Assembly: GCF_006345805.1 (NCBI RefSeq)
Contig: NC_043013.1
Coordinates: 14,012,001-14,076,000, forward strand
Reading direction: 5' to 3'
Length of the DNA stretch: 64,000 nt
Source: Octopus sinensis
Lineage: Eukaryota
The position numbers were made by a program, and so were the translations under genes. Positions 12,247 through 23,985 of the stretch are shown one piece after another. The notes beneath the pieces are model-generated. The model saw nothing but the letters and a program-made list of their open reading frames with translations, was not told the DNA's origin and did no database searches. Numbering within the stretch: position 1 is the first letter of the stretch; the number at the start of each line of letters is the position of its first letter.

Positions 12247-12979
12247 TTAGAGACTCTTGGTAAATTGACTTTTCATTTTCTCAAAAATTGGAAAAAGAAC
12301 TTGAATCTACTTCCTCTATGGAACTTTGCACACCGTATTACTTCATTTTATCTTGGCATCAATCAGCCGTATATGTGCGTCCCTCACCACGCTTTCCCCC
12401 TCCTTCATCCTATTGTTGTAATGCCCTGTCTTTTACTTTCCTTCTCCAACGCTTGAGAATTCTAGTATGAATCTGTATCTTCTCCTCATAAGCTTCAATG
12501 CCTTTAGTTTTCTCCCCTCTCCTTTACTTTCTATGCCTTTTTCTCTTCCCCTCTCCAGACAATGATCATAGTACATACATATATGCATGCATCAACGTAT
12601 ATATGTGCCTATGTATGTGCCTATGTATGTATGTATGTTACAAATTCTTATGTTTTACCCTTATCCCTCATGCGTACGTAATTTTTCCATTATATATTTA
12701 AGTAAGCTTAAATCAATGTGCATTTCCCAGTAAGCAGAATTATGCCTTCTACTTCTTATTTCCGCTTCTTTCTCTTTTATTTTTCTCACTTATCCATCTC
12801 TATATTCCCCCAGCTTCTCTTCTTCTTTTCCTCGTTCTCTTATCTTAATCTCACTCTATTCTTACCTTTCTTTAACTATTTGTTATACAAATTTTCCTTC
12901 TTTTCTCTATCCTTTAGTCTCATGGTTTCTTATTCCATATTTATTTATTTCTATTTCCATCAAATAACTCGATGAGTGA

Positions 12980-13230
12980 TGATGCGTAGCCCAGTAATTA
13001 GGGTGCTGGGCTCGCGATCACTAGATCGTGAGTTCAAATTATGGATCAGGCGGCAAATTGTGTCTTTAAGCAAGGCAAGACACTTCATTTCACGTTGTAA
13101 CAGTCCACTCAGCTAACTCCCAAATACCAATGGAATTTAGGGTTAACCCTGCGATGGATTGGTAACCCTTTAAGGGGAGTATATTCGCATTCTTAATCAC
13201 AAATGCCACAGAAACCGAGATAAGCGTGTA
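12980..13230 (+). mobile_element. Degraded tRNA-derived SINE (separate family)
   Basis: A-box TAGCCCAGTAA, B-box GAGTTCAAATT, then GCAAGACACTT and AACCCTGCGATGGA motifs. Confidence 0.55.
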
Positions 13231-13405
13231 AGCTCGAAAAAGTCTTTAATTTTAACAAGTAGATGCCTTGTCTGTAATGTTAAATTTTACATCATAAGCT
13301 TTTATTTATTAAAATGTCAGTATTTATAAATCTCGGTGCGACCAAATATGTAATACCATTATTTGTGTATTTTAATATATTATTATTCAAAACAGTTGGA
13401 CTCGG

Positions 13406-13468
13406 ATTCCGTGCTACTTCAAATTTCGCGAGTCCCCAACGGAGTCTGTCTCCTCAGGCTCGTGGAAT
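13406..13468 (-). ncRNA. Candidate minimal type I hammerhead ribozyme
   Basis: Minus strand: AUUCCACGAGC CUGAGGA [G-C closed imperfect stem II] GAAA UUU G AAG U A GCACGGAAU. Full canonical core, 4-bp stem III with 1-nt loop, GUA cleavage triplet. Confidence 0.55.
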
Positions 13469-15153
13469 AGCCGAATGAACGGAGCAGTACAGGAAGTCCA
13501 AGATGGCCACCGGGAGATGGGCTGCAATTGGTCAAGGAGGGTCACATGATGTCACAGGGGATGATATCACTCGGTAAGCGACAACAATTCCTTGAGAAAA
13601 CAGTTTCTTTGACCGTGTGGTTGGGCATGAGAAACTGGAGGCGTTAGTGCATCAGGGTAAGGCATCAATGAGGCCTGTGAGTATATGAGCTTATATTTTA
13701 ATATAAATTTAAATCGTTTTGAAAAGCGATAATACAAAACTCTGAGTAACGGCAGTGTAAAATCTCGAATTCAATAGCCGTTCCCGTAAATTTTATATTG
13801 AGTACTATTTATACTTCATTAAATACCTTGCCAAAAATCCTCAGAAATCTATGAGACGTAGATGTTACAACATTTCGTATACTAATACATCTTTGTAAAC
13901 ACTGCGATCGCAGAAAGAACAATAGGTAATGGGTGTATATGCACATTTCAAGAGTTATTGCTTCTTCATCAGAACAATATCCAACCTATTAACCATCCAC
14001 GAACACATTACTCAAATAGCCATTATCTATTTTTCTATCCTCGATCGAATTGTTTACACAGATGTATTCGTATATGAAACGTCATAACTTTCAGTGCTGG
14101 CCCTAATTTCCATAGAAAATCTGTAGACATAACTTTAAAAAGCGACTGAATCGCACTGATAACACAGGTAGGAGACAGTATTGAGTTATAACATACATGG
14201 TAGTGTGAATATGGTCGCATAATAATCCTGGTGTCCCTATCAGCGATGAATATTATATAATATTTTATTTAAGTAATGTGTCAATCATCTATTCTCCCTG
14301 TACGCTCCTTCTCTTCCTTTTCCACCTCTCTCTTTCTCACTACATTTCCTCTTCTTCCTTATGTTGTTGCAGCCTTCTCTTCTTCTTCTTCTTCTTTCTT
14401 CTTCTTCTTCTTCTTCTTCTTCTTCTTTCTTCTTCTTCTTCTTCTTCTTCTTCTCCTTCAACTCTTGTGTATTAATGTAGGAGTCTTTTTCTCGTAGGTT
14501 TTAATAAATTCACCGCTTCCTCTCTTTATCTTCTCTCACTTCTTCGTTTCTTTTTCCGTCCCGACGCACCCTATCCTACACCCTAACCTTTCACCCCCGT
14601 ATTCTTTATCCACCAAATTGCCGGCAACTACCATCAACTCTCGAAACTTTAAACTCTTATCCCACCGACTGCACACTGTGAACAAGTAAACCCATCCAGA
14701 CAGGGGACAATGACATACAAACAGTAACAGATACTACCTCCAGCAACGAGGTCATAAGCCTGACCGTGATGCTGCCCAAAAGACCCGAAATTCGAAACAC
14801 TTTACAGATACTCAGAGTTCGGGATAACTACCCCTGTCTCCAGAACGGTCCCCTGCACTACTGCAGATAAAGACTTAACCATATTGGCAACACTGGACGG
14901 ATCGCAACAGTGAGGGTGGGTATGGGACGCCGCACGTACGAGAGAGATTTCTGTAATCTATGATCTACGGACGATCACCAAATGAACGGAGTCGAGAAAC
15001 TTTGCCAATAAATCTCGAAAAACCAAGTGGCTAGCAGACTAACACTTTACCACACACAGCAAACTGTCGACCAGACAGAAAAAATCTATCGTGAAATCCA
15101 TTAATGACGAAGATAATGTTGATGACGATGGCAAATAATAAGATATTGTTCAT

Positions 15154-15253
15154 NNNNNNNNNNNNNNNNNNNNNNNNNNNNNNNNNNNNNNNNNNNNNNN
15201 NNNNNNNNNNNNNNNNNNNNNNNNNNNNNNNNNNNNNNNNNNNNNNNNNNNNN
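15154..15253. other. Assembly gap (100 N)
   Basis: Run of N. Confidence 1.
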
Positions 15254-15417
15254 AATTATTCGGTAGCCATGATAAAACACCGAATAATTGTCACATATTA
15301 CTTTTACACAATAATTCTTCTATTTACATAATATCGAGGTCTCTTTCATTCTTTTGTTGTCTTATCATTTCTATCAATATATATATATTTATATCTATCT
15401 ATATCTATCTATCTATA

Positions 15418-15496
<79 letters not shown>

Positions 15497-15559
15497 ATCT
15501 TTTTTTCTCTCCGTTTCTTTCCTTTTTTCTCTCCCTCTTTTTCTCTCCTTGTGTTTTTT

Positions 15560-15700
15560 TTGTGTCCCTTTCTGTGGAAGAGCGTAGGCTCGAAACGTAA
15601 AAGAATTTTTCTATTCCTGAGCGTTATACTAATACATCTGTTTGTTTTGTACACCACCTGTCTTCGTCTTTTGTTTTTTTCGTAAACTCTCCTCCCTATG
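15560..15700 (+). mobile_element. Penelope-like terminal fragment with hammerhead-like motif
   Basis: CUUU CUGUGGAA GAGC-GUAG-GCUC GAAACGU A AAAG followed by a T-rich tail and (TA)n. Confidence 0.45.
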
Positions 15701-15734
15701 TATATATATATACATATATATATATGAAAGTTGG

Positions 15735-15892
15735 CATTCCTTTTAATTTCAGTCTACTAAATTCATTCACAAAGCATTGGTCGGTTTGAGGCTATAGCAG
15801 AAGACACTTGTCCAAAGTGCCGCACAATGAGACTGAACTCAATACATCGTGGTTGCAAAGCGATATTCTTAACCACAAAGCCATGCTTACAC
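15735..15892 (-). mobile_element. SINE family A, 5' half
   Basis: Reverse complement of the head and CORE-like segment. Confidence 0.75.
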
Positions 15893-16202
15893 CTAATCGT
15901 AAAAAAAAAACACCTTAAAGATTTAAAAATTCCAGCTTACCATATTAGGTGTGAGAATCTACCATATGTTTATTTGTTATATATCGTTGTGACTTAATTA
16001 CATCAGAGCATACATTATGTAAAGTGTAATCGCGGTAGACGTGGCTGTGGTGGTGGTGGTGTGTGTGTGGAGTGGATGAGATGTAACTGAATATCTTCCG
16101 GGTGTTTTGCCCGTTGCATTAAGTATTGTGCAAAGTTCATGATGAAGACGACAATAGGGGCTGACAAACATAAAGAAGGGATACATGTGAAAAGGGCATA
16201 CA

Positions 16203-16236
<34 letters not shown>

Positions 16237-16321
16237 TATGTATATTATAAGGCATGACATGCATAATGGTCATTACATATTTTTCTTTATTGAAGGAATT
16301 TATATATATATATATGTATGT

Positions 16322-16430
16322 GTGTGGTAAATAACTTGCTAACAACCACATAGTTCCGGGTTCAGTCCCACTGCGTGGTACCTGGACAAGTGTCTGTACT
16401 ATAGCCTCGGGCGACCAAAGCCTTGTGAGT

Positions 16431-16500
<70 letters not shown>

Positions 16501-16895
16501 TATATATATATATATATATAGTGTGGTAAGTAGCTTGCTAACCAACCACATGGTTCCGGGTTCAGTCCCACTGCGTGGCATCTTGGGCAAGTGTCTTCTG
16601 CTATAGCCCGGGCCGACCAATGCCTTGTGAGTGGATTTGGTAGAGGGAAACTGAATGAAGCCTGTCGTATATAGTTTATATATATATGTGTGTGTGTGTG
16701 TTGTCCCCCTAGCATTGCTTGACAACCGATGCTGGTGTGTTTACGTCCCCGTCACTTAGCGGTTCGGCAAAAAAGACCGATAGAATAAGTACTGGACTAC
16801 CAAGAATAAGTCCCGGGGTCGATTTGCTCGACTAAAGGCGGTGCTCCAGCATGGCCGCAGTCAAAATGACTGAAACAAGTAAAAGAGTAAAAGAG
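16322..16895 (+). mobile_element. Two SINE family A copies in tandem separated by (TA)n
   Basis: Partial copy at 16322-16432, then a near-complete copy at 16522-16895. Confidence 0.85.
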
Positions 16896-16948
16896 TATAT
16901 ATATATATATATCTGTAAATGTAATATGTGACAGTTATTCGGTAGCCA

Positions 16949-17010
16949 AGATAAAAACTCCGAGTTTCGGATGCCGAAGTGGAACCACTCTGCTATCTCT
17001 TCAGTTATCC
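16949..17010 (-). ncRNA. Type I hammerhead ribozyme (left arm)
   Basis: GGAUAA CUGAAGA [long imperfect stem II, G10.1-C11.1] GAAA CUC G GAG U U UUUAUCU; stem I is GGAUAA paired with UU(U)AUCU. Confidence 0.7.
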
Positions 17011-17020
17011 GATGGCCGGC

Positions 17021-17082
17021 TAACTGAAGAGATAGCAGAGTGGATTTCCACTTCGGCATCCGAAACTCGGAGTTTATCTTGG
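17021..17082 (+). ncRNA. Type I hammerhead core (right arm; stem I weak)
   Basis: CTGAAGA at 17024-17030, GAAA at 17062-17065, ACTC-G-GAGT stem III, GUU triplet at 17072-17074. Confidence 0.55.
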
Positions 17083-17204
17083 CTACCGAATAACTGTCAC
17101 ATATTACATTTACAGATAAATTCCTCTATTTACATAATATCGAGGTCTCTTTCTTTCTTTTGTTTTCTTACCGTTCTTATCAATATATATATATATATAT
17201 ATAT

Positions 17205-17415
17205 ACATATGCATGTATGTATGTATATGTTTGTGTGCCTGTGTTTGTTCCCCCAACATCGCTTGACAATCGATGCTGGTGTGTTTACGTCCCCCTCACT
17301 TAGCGGTTCGGCAACAGAGGTCGGTAGAATAAGTATTAGGCTTCCAAAGAATAAGTCCTGGGATCGGTTTGCTCCAGCATGGCCGCAGTCATATGACTGA
17401 AACAAATAAAAGAAA
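17205..17415 (+). mobile_element. SINE family A, 3' half
   Basis: GTTTGTTCCCCCAACATCGCTTGAC...GACTGAAACAA. Confidence 0.8.
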
Positions 17416-17887
17416 AATATATATATATATATAAATACATACATACATAGAGATAGACATGTTGATAAATAGGTATATATATATATATAGAGAGAGAGAG
17501 AGAAAGAGAGAGAGGAGGAGAAGGAGATGTAGAGTGTGAAGTATGATGCGCTGTATGTAAGTGTGTATGTGTATGTATGTGTATATATATACGTGCGTGT
17601 GTGTGTATGTATGTATGTATGTATGTATGTATGTATGTATGTATGCATGCATGTATGGTGGCGAGTGTGTATGTGTGTTTGTGTACATACACTGTGCCCG
17701 CACGCCCCCCTCTCCCCCCCTCTCTCACACGTGCAGAGACGATGCTCCGACTTGTTTACTGTCTGAATTTTTTTTCTTTATTTAATTTGATTTCCAGCAA
17801 TGCATCATATATATATATATAATATATATATATATATATTATATAATATTACATATATATATATCATATATATATATATACATATAT

Positions 17888-17943
<56 letters not shown>

Positions 17944-18018
17944 TCACACACACACACACATATATACATGTATGTATATATGTGTGCGAGTATAAATATA
18001 TATATATATATGTATATA

Positions 18019-18893
18019 GTAGCATTAAAGACCCGTCGTTGCCGGGTCATAGTGCTAGTGCATGTATATATGTGCATATATATCTGTACATATTACATGT
18101 ACATCTATATATATATATACATCTACACATAAAATGCAAAATGCAAAGTTATATCTTGATATCGCTAGTGATAACAATACTCAAAATATATAACAGACTG
18201 GAATTGTTAGCTCTTCTTTTTTCTCTATATTGTATACTTTATAGACAATAGTCTTTTCTTTAATTTAATTTTTTTATTATCCATCTGTACTATTCCATTT
18301 CTGCACGCTAATTTTATTTTTAATTTATTCCCATTCATGTGAAACCACTTATTCAAGTTCAAATCATTTTATACCAATTGCTATTTTTACTTTTGTATGT
18401 TACGATTATACTATACTTTAGTTTGATTTTAATTATTACTTACTACATATAATTCAATTGTTATTATTATTTTTATTGTTAAGGTGAAAGCATCTGACAT
18501 AAAATAGAGAAATATTTTTGTTTCACTTTTAACACGTAATACTGAAATAGTGGAGAAGATATGATATTGCTATGGGCTCGCTCTAGGCAAGAAGTTGAAC
18601 ATTTTTTTGCCCATGAAACTACATGCCATGAAAATAAGGCATGTGTAAAATTTGAATGGAATTGGTTGTGTAGTTCTCAAGTTTTAGGGAATTGTAGTGG
18701 AGAAGATATGATATTGCTGTGGGCTCGCCCTAGGCAAAAAGTTAAATTTTTTTGCCGATGACACTCCCTGGACCCTAAGTAAGGCATGTGTAAAATTTGA
18801 ATGAAATTGGTCATGTAGTTCTCAAGTTTTAGGGAAACACACAGACAGACAGACAGACAGTCAGACATTCTCAGTTTTATATATATATAAAGA
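18019..18893 (-). mobile_element. Non-autonomous Helitron-like element, deletion derivative of the 981-2553 type
   Basis: Same GACCCG/CGGGTC hairpin; GA|T end at 18892-18894; two internal deletions and a ~145-bp internal tandem duplication (18548-18835). Confidence 0.75.
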
Positions 18894-18988
18894 TATACAT
18901 ACACATAAATATATATATATATATATACACTCACACACACACATATACATATATGTATGTATATATGTATGCATGTGTGTGCGTGTTG

Positions 18989-19025
<37 letters not shown>

Positions 19026-19798
19026 ATGTGTGTGTGTGTGTGTCTGTGTGTGTGTGTGTATAAATCTGATGCAAGCTGTATCTATAACACAGAAGATAAG
19101 AAGAAATACGAAGAACTCTATAATACAAACATCGTAGATGCCCCAAATCCCGCTTTGCCAAACTTCTCTCTCGGCTGAATGGACACTGTCAGCCTCGTTC
19201 TGTTCTACGCAAATTAAAGACACACACACACAACACAGTATATGAATATATATATATGTCTACAAACGTGTGGCACCAGAATGGTTTGTTTATACTAGTG
19301 ACAGTCGGCGTGTTATGAAAGTAACACTCACGTTTCCCTTCTCACTCACTCACACTTATCCTTTCACTCGCTCGTCGGTCCTTCACACACACACACACTT
19401 CCCTTATTTAACAGACTCCCACACTTCTTTATTCACACGCTCACTTCGCAGTTCACACTCAGTCGTCACGGACATACATATATAAACTATGTAAGTCCTT
19501 TCGGAAAAAGAGAAAAGAAAAGATAGAATTCTCCCAAAACAACGCGAATCGAGTGCAGACGTTTTAATTTCTTAAGATCAAAACACAGCGACGTCTGCAG
19601 ATTTTGTTGTGCTTTACATGTAAACACATGTATGTTTTGAATTGTATATGAATATATATATACATAAATATAGATATATGGTGGAGTACCAAGGATGGAA
19701 TCGGGAAACTTACCCACGAATTCTTCAAACGACGGCAAACCTCGCGATGTAAGTATCCTTGTTTTTATACACACCCACACATACACACGCATGTCCCA

Positions 19799-19799
<1 letters not shown>

Positions 19800-19856
<57 letters not shown>

Positions 19857-19910
19857 GTCTGTCTGTCTGTCTGTCTATCTGTCTGTCTGTCTGTGTCAAT
19901 TTATTATTGT

Positions 19911-19952
<42 letters not shown>

Positions 19953-20018
19953 GTCTGCCTGTCTGTCTGGCTGTCTGTCTGTCTATCTGTCTGTCTGTCT
20001 GTGTCAATTTATTATTGT

Positions 20019-20107
<89 letters not shown>

Positions 20108-20133
20108 TCAATTTATTACTGTTTATCTATCTG

Positions 20134-20196
<63 letters not shown>

Positions 20197-20230
20197 GTCT
20201 ATCTGTCTGTCTGTCTGTCTGTCTATATAG
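19800..20230. repeat. (TATC)n/(TGTC)n array with a ~105-bp higher-order unit
   Basis: GTCTGTGTCAATTTATTA(T/C)TGTTTATC recurs three times. Confidence 0.95.
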
Positions 20231-20547
20231 CTGTTTCTCAATTTCTCTTTTCATTTTCCTTTTTTTCTTCTTGTTTTCAGCCGCTGGACTGCGGCCATGC
20301 AGTAGCACTGCATATAAGGACATTTAATTGATCATATCGATCCGGGTTTTTCTTTCTTTCTTCTTTATTTACTTACTTATCGATCTCTGTTTTATTGAAT
20401 AAATGAACGACTAAGTCACAACACGCTTTTTTTTTTTAAACCGGTGATGTTGTCACGCACGTACACACATTGTTCTTATTTCATTGGCAAAAGCATGTAC
20501 ACCAAAAACTCAGAAGTTTTAAATCATGTCAATTATACGATAAAAAC

Positions 20548-20549
<2 letters not shown>

Positions 20550-20582
<33 letters not shown>

Positions 20583-21200
20583 ATCATCATCATCATCATC
20601 ATCATTATCATCACCATTGTCATCACCATCGTCATCGGTGTCATTCACCTCCCCTGACTCCACCTCCTCATCACTACCTTCACCGACGTCGTCATCGTCG
20701 ACGTCATCGTCATCACTACCACAAGGAGAACCATCACCACCGCCGCCGCCACCACATTGCCGACACCATCACCACCACCACCACCACCACCGCCACCGCC
20801 ACCATATTACCTCCACCACCACCGCCGCCACCACTTTGCCTCCACCACCACCACCACCACCACCACCGCCGCCGCCACCACATTGCCTCACCATCACCAC
20901 CGCCGCCGCCGCCACCAAATTGCAACCACCACCACATTGCCACCACCACCACCACCACAGTCGTCACCGTTGCTGTCGCTGTCATCATCGTCGTCATCGT
21001 CGTTGTCACGATCATCCTTATCCTTCTCCTCATCATCTACGACCACCACCATCATATTCGTCGTCGTCAGTTTCTTCATTTTCCTCCTCGCCTCGTCGTC
21101 CCATCCACATCATCGCCACTGTTATTGTAGTGATAATCACCATCCTCATCATTATCATCATCATCAGCACCACCATCACTGCCATCATCATCATCATCGT
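20550..21200. repeat. (CAT)n/(CAC)n/(CGT)n low-complexity triplet tract
   Basis: Visible directly; source of the His/Pro/Thr-rich ORFs. Confidence 0.9.
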
Positions 21201-21390
21201 TATGGTGAAATCAAACCCCACCCTATTAACACTGATCCCTCTCCTAGTATCTATAAAATAAGTTTAGCATAGTAAGGAGATACTATTTGTGTTATTGAGA
21301 TGATTCTGGTCGATTATTGCTATTTAACCAAAGTTTCAGTTTTTTTATTCGTTACTTATATTAACTATATTAATATCAACGGACATGAAA

Positions 21391-21876
21391 AGGCAGCGAG
21401 CTGGCAGAAACGTTAGCATGTCGGGCGAAATGCGTAGCCGTATTTCGTCTGTCGTTACGTTCTGAGTTCAAATTCCGCCGAGGTCGACTTTGCCTTTCAT
21501 ACTTTCGGGGTCGATAAATTAAGTACCAGTTACGCACTGGGGTCGATGTAATCGACTTAACACCTATGTCTGTCCTTGTTTGTCCCCTCTATGTTTAGCC
21601 CCTTGTGGGTAATAAAGAAATAGGTACTTCGTCTGTCGTTACGTTGTGAGTTCAAATTCAGCCGAGGCCGACTTTGCCTTTCATCCTTTCGGGGTCGATA
21701 AATTAAGTACCAGTTACGCACTGGGGTCGATATAATCGACTTAATCCCTATGTTTGTCCTCTCTGTGTTTAGCCCCTTGTGGGTAGTAAAGAAATAGGTA
21801 TTTCGTATGCCGTTACGTTCTGAGTTCAAATTCCGCCGAGGTCGACTTAGCATTTTATCCTTTCGGGGTCGATTAA
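21391..21876 (+). mobile_element. SINE family B, full head plus tandem trimer of the core
   Basis: Head GGCAGCGAGCTGGCAGAAACGTTAGC; 174-bp monomer; junctions at 21617 and 21791. Confidence 0.9.
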
Positions 21877-22025
21877 AAAAGAAGTCTTGCCTTTGTTTAG
21901 CCACACATGCTCATGAAGATACGTAAACAAATCATCACTAGTTTCAAATAGTCGTCTCAGTTTCTTCTTAAGAATTCACTGCCCTCCTCAAGTTCGCATA
22001 CAGTTGTTGTCAGTGTTTTTAGATC

Positions 22026-22200
22026 AGTGGTTCTCAGCCATTCCTTTTTTTTTTTTTTTGCCTATGGACCCCTTTGATTCCCATTTTACTCGGGTGGACC
22101 CTTATAGCCGTTCGACATTTAAAAAATTACTGACATATTTTTATCCTTATATAATATAAGAAATTGTATGAAAAATTTAAAAAAAAATTATTTTGTGTAT
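22026..22200 (+). mobile_element. hAT (Charlie-like) terminal remnant
   Basis: Starts CAGTGGTTCTCA; no second TIR found. Confidence 0.35.
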
Positions 22201-22204
22201 TGTA

Positions 22205-22336
22205 GGGGCAGGAGTGGCTGTGTGGTAAATAGCTTGCTTACCAACTACATGGTTCCGCGTTCAGTCCCACTGCATGGCACCTTGGGCAAGTGTATTTGCT
22301 GCAGCCTCCAGCCAACCAAAGCCTTGTGAGTGGATT

Positions 22337-22383
<47 letters not shown>

Positions 22384-22642
22384 CGTTTGATATACGACGG
22401 GCTTCTTTCAGTTTCCATCTACCAAATCCACTCACAAGGCTTTGATAGGCCCGAGGCTATAGGAGAATACACTTGCCCAAGGTGCCACGCAATGGGACTG
22501 AACCCGGAACCATGTGGTTGTTAAGCAAGCTACTTAGTGGCACCTTGGGCAAGTGTGTTCTCCTATAGCCTCGGGCCGATCAAAGCCTTGTGAGTGGATT
22601 TGGTAGACGGAAACTGAAAGAAGCCCGTCGTATATCGAACGT
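22205..22642. mobile_element. SINE family A cluster (+, -, +) with a local inverted duplication
   Basis: Arms 22383-22488 and 22537-22642 with a 48-bp spacer. Confidence 0.85.
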
Positions 22643-23154
22643 GTTTTAATGAAATTTTGTTATGTCACTGTCGTCACTTCCTGTTCCTATCGCAATTTAC
22701 TTTTATCTTCATAAGACAATTTATATACAACGATTTTTTTTTTTTGTTTTCGAAAGTAAACTGCATGTTAACCTCAGTATAGGGCACACAGACTTTACCG
22801 AGAGAGGGCTTCTACGTGATTACATTGATCTCAGTACAGTACCAGCCAGCACTAAGCACTTGGCAAACGATTGTCCTAGAGCAGTGTCTGACAAATATTT
22901 TTTTACCTTACGACACACTGGGCGAGAATTTATTTTGCTGCACACCAAATAAAAATCCCAGCAAAATTGAATACACTTTATTAGTATGAATAAAAATAAA
23001 TAAATTCTTATTATAGCAACAATAAAATAACATTGTTTTATGAACATATTATATATATATATCTCCTAATATAATAATGAGCGTAGTTTTTATATATTTG
23101 GCGTATGTATATATATATATACATACACTATATATTATATATGTGTGTGTGTGT

Positions 23155-23191
<37 letters not shown>

Positions 23192-23589
23192 GTGATAAAA
23201 AAAATCAGCGTTTCAACTCTGTATGAGTATATGTGTGTGCCTGTGCAAGGAAAGTATGTGAATGTTTGTATGTGTGATTATTAAGTACCTTATTTTATAC
23301 GTTATTTAATTATAAAATACTATAATTAGCCGTCATTATTGACGGCAGGTGGTCAGCTAGTACAATAATAATAATGTTCTTGGTGAGAAGGATGCAGTTG
23401 ATTTTGAGAAAGAATTTTATCAAAAACGCGGCTTTAAATTAGATAAACAAATACGTAACTCCTCATCTACCACATCATTCCCGTTTTCTTTCTTTGCTTC
23501 ATTTCCATTAGATACCTAATTCACAAAGATACGATGATCCAAAAGGTCACAGAGATTTAACGGGTGTAGTAGCTCTACGAAGATATGGG

Positions 23590-23985
23590 CTCCAAAGCGA
23601 AATCCAAAACTCTGACAATTCTAGCACCAAAAAATGAGGCTTTGGGCACAGGATCGTTTGTGAAGTCTATTAAATTTTCTTCTGTTAATGTTAATGGCAG
23701 GTGTGTACTGTCGTATCTTGCGAAAGGATTGATGGGTGACCCACTCATACATTTGATAATCAAATGATGGAAAATACCTAGAAAATGATACTGTCTCCTG
23801 ACAAAATCTTAAATTTGTTTGGAAAAGCCTCTACGCCTGGGAAGCAACCCAGCTGCAAGTTTTTAACTTTCCTTATCCACAGTTCTAACTTGTCGGTGAA
23901 AGTCTTTAATTTGCCTGTAATTGTAATGATATTTTCGTTCGCATCTTGCAGACTCAAATTCAAAACGTTCAACTTGCCCTATCTT
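23590..23985 (-). pseudogene. hAT transposase C-terminal fragment
   Basis: NVLNLSLQDANENIITITGKLKTFTDKLELWIRKVK...NPFARYDSTHLPLTLTEENLIDFTND resembles hAT (ZBED/GTF2IRD2-like) transposase C-termini; contains stops and frameshifts. Confidence 0.65.

Larger units (their letters stand above)
16910..17185. mobile_element. Penelope-like terminus in inverted (fold-back) configuration between (TA)n tracts
   Basis: Arms 16910-17007 and 17021-17118 with a 13-nt spacer; the tail CTATTTACATAATATCGAGGTCTCTTTC is also present at 15318-15350. Confidence 0.7.

Noticed and set aside
15254-15290. Short inverted repeat AATTATTCGG/CCGAATAATT as an independent element
   Set aside because: It is a collapsed relative of the 16910 family and abuts the assembly gap, so its left context is unknown.
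20444-21272. His/Pro/Thr-rich ORFs
   Set aside because: Unstructured (CAT/CAC/CGT)n tract with no splice or domain evidence.
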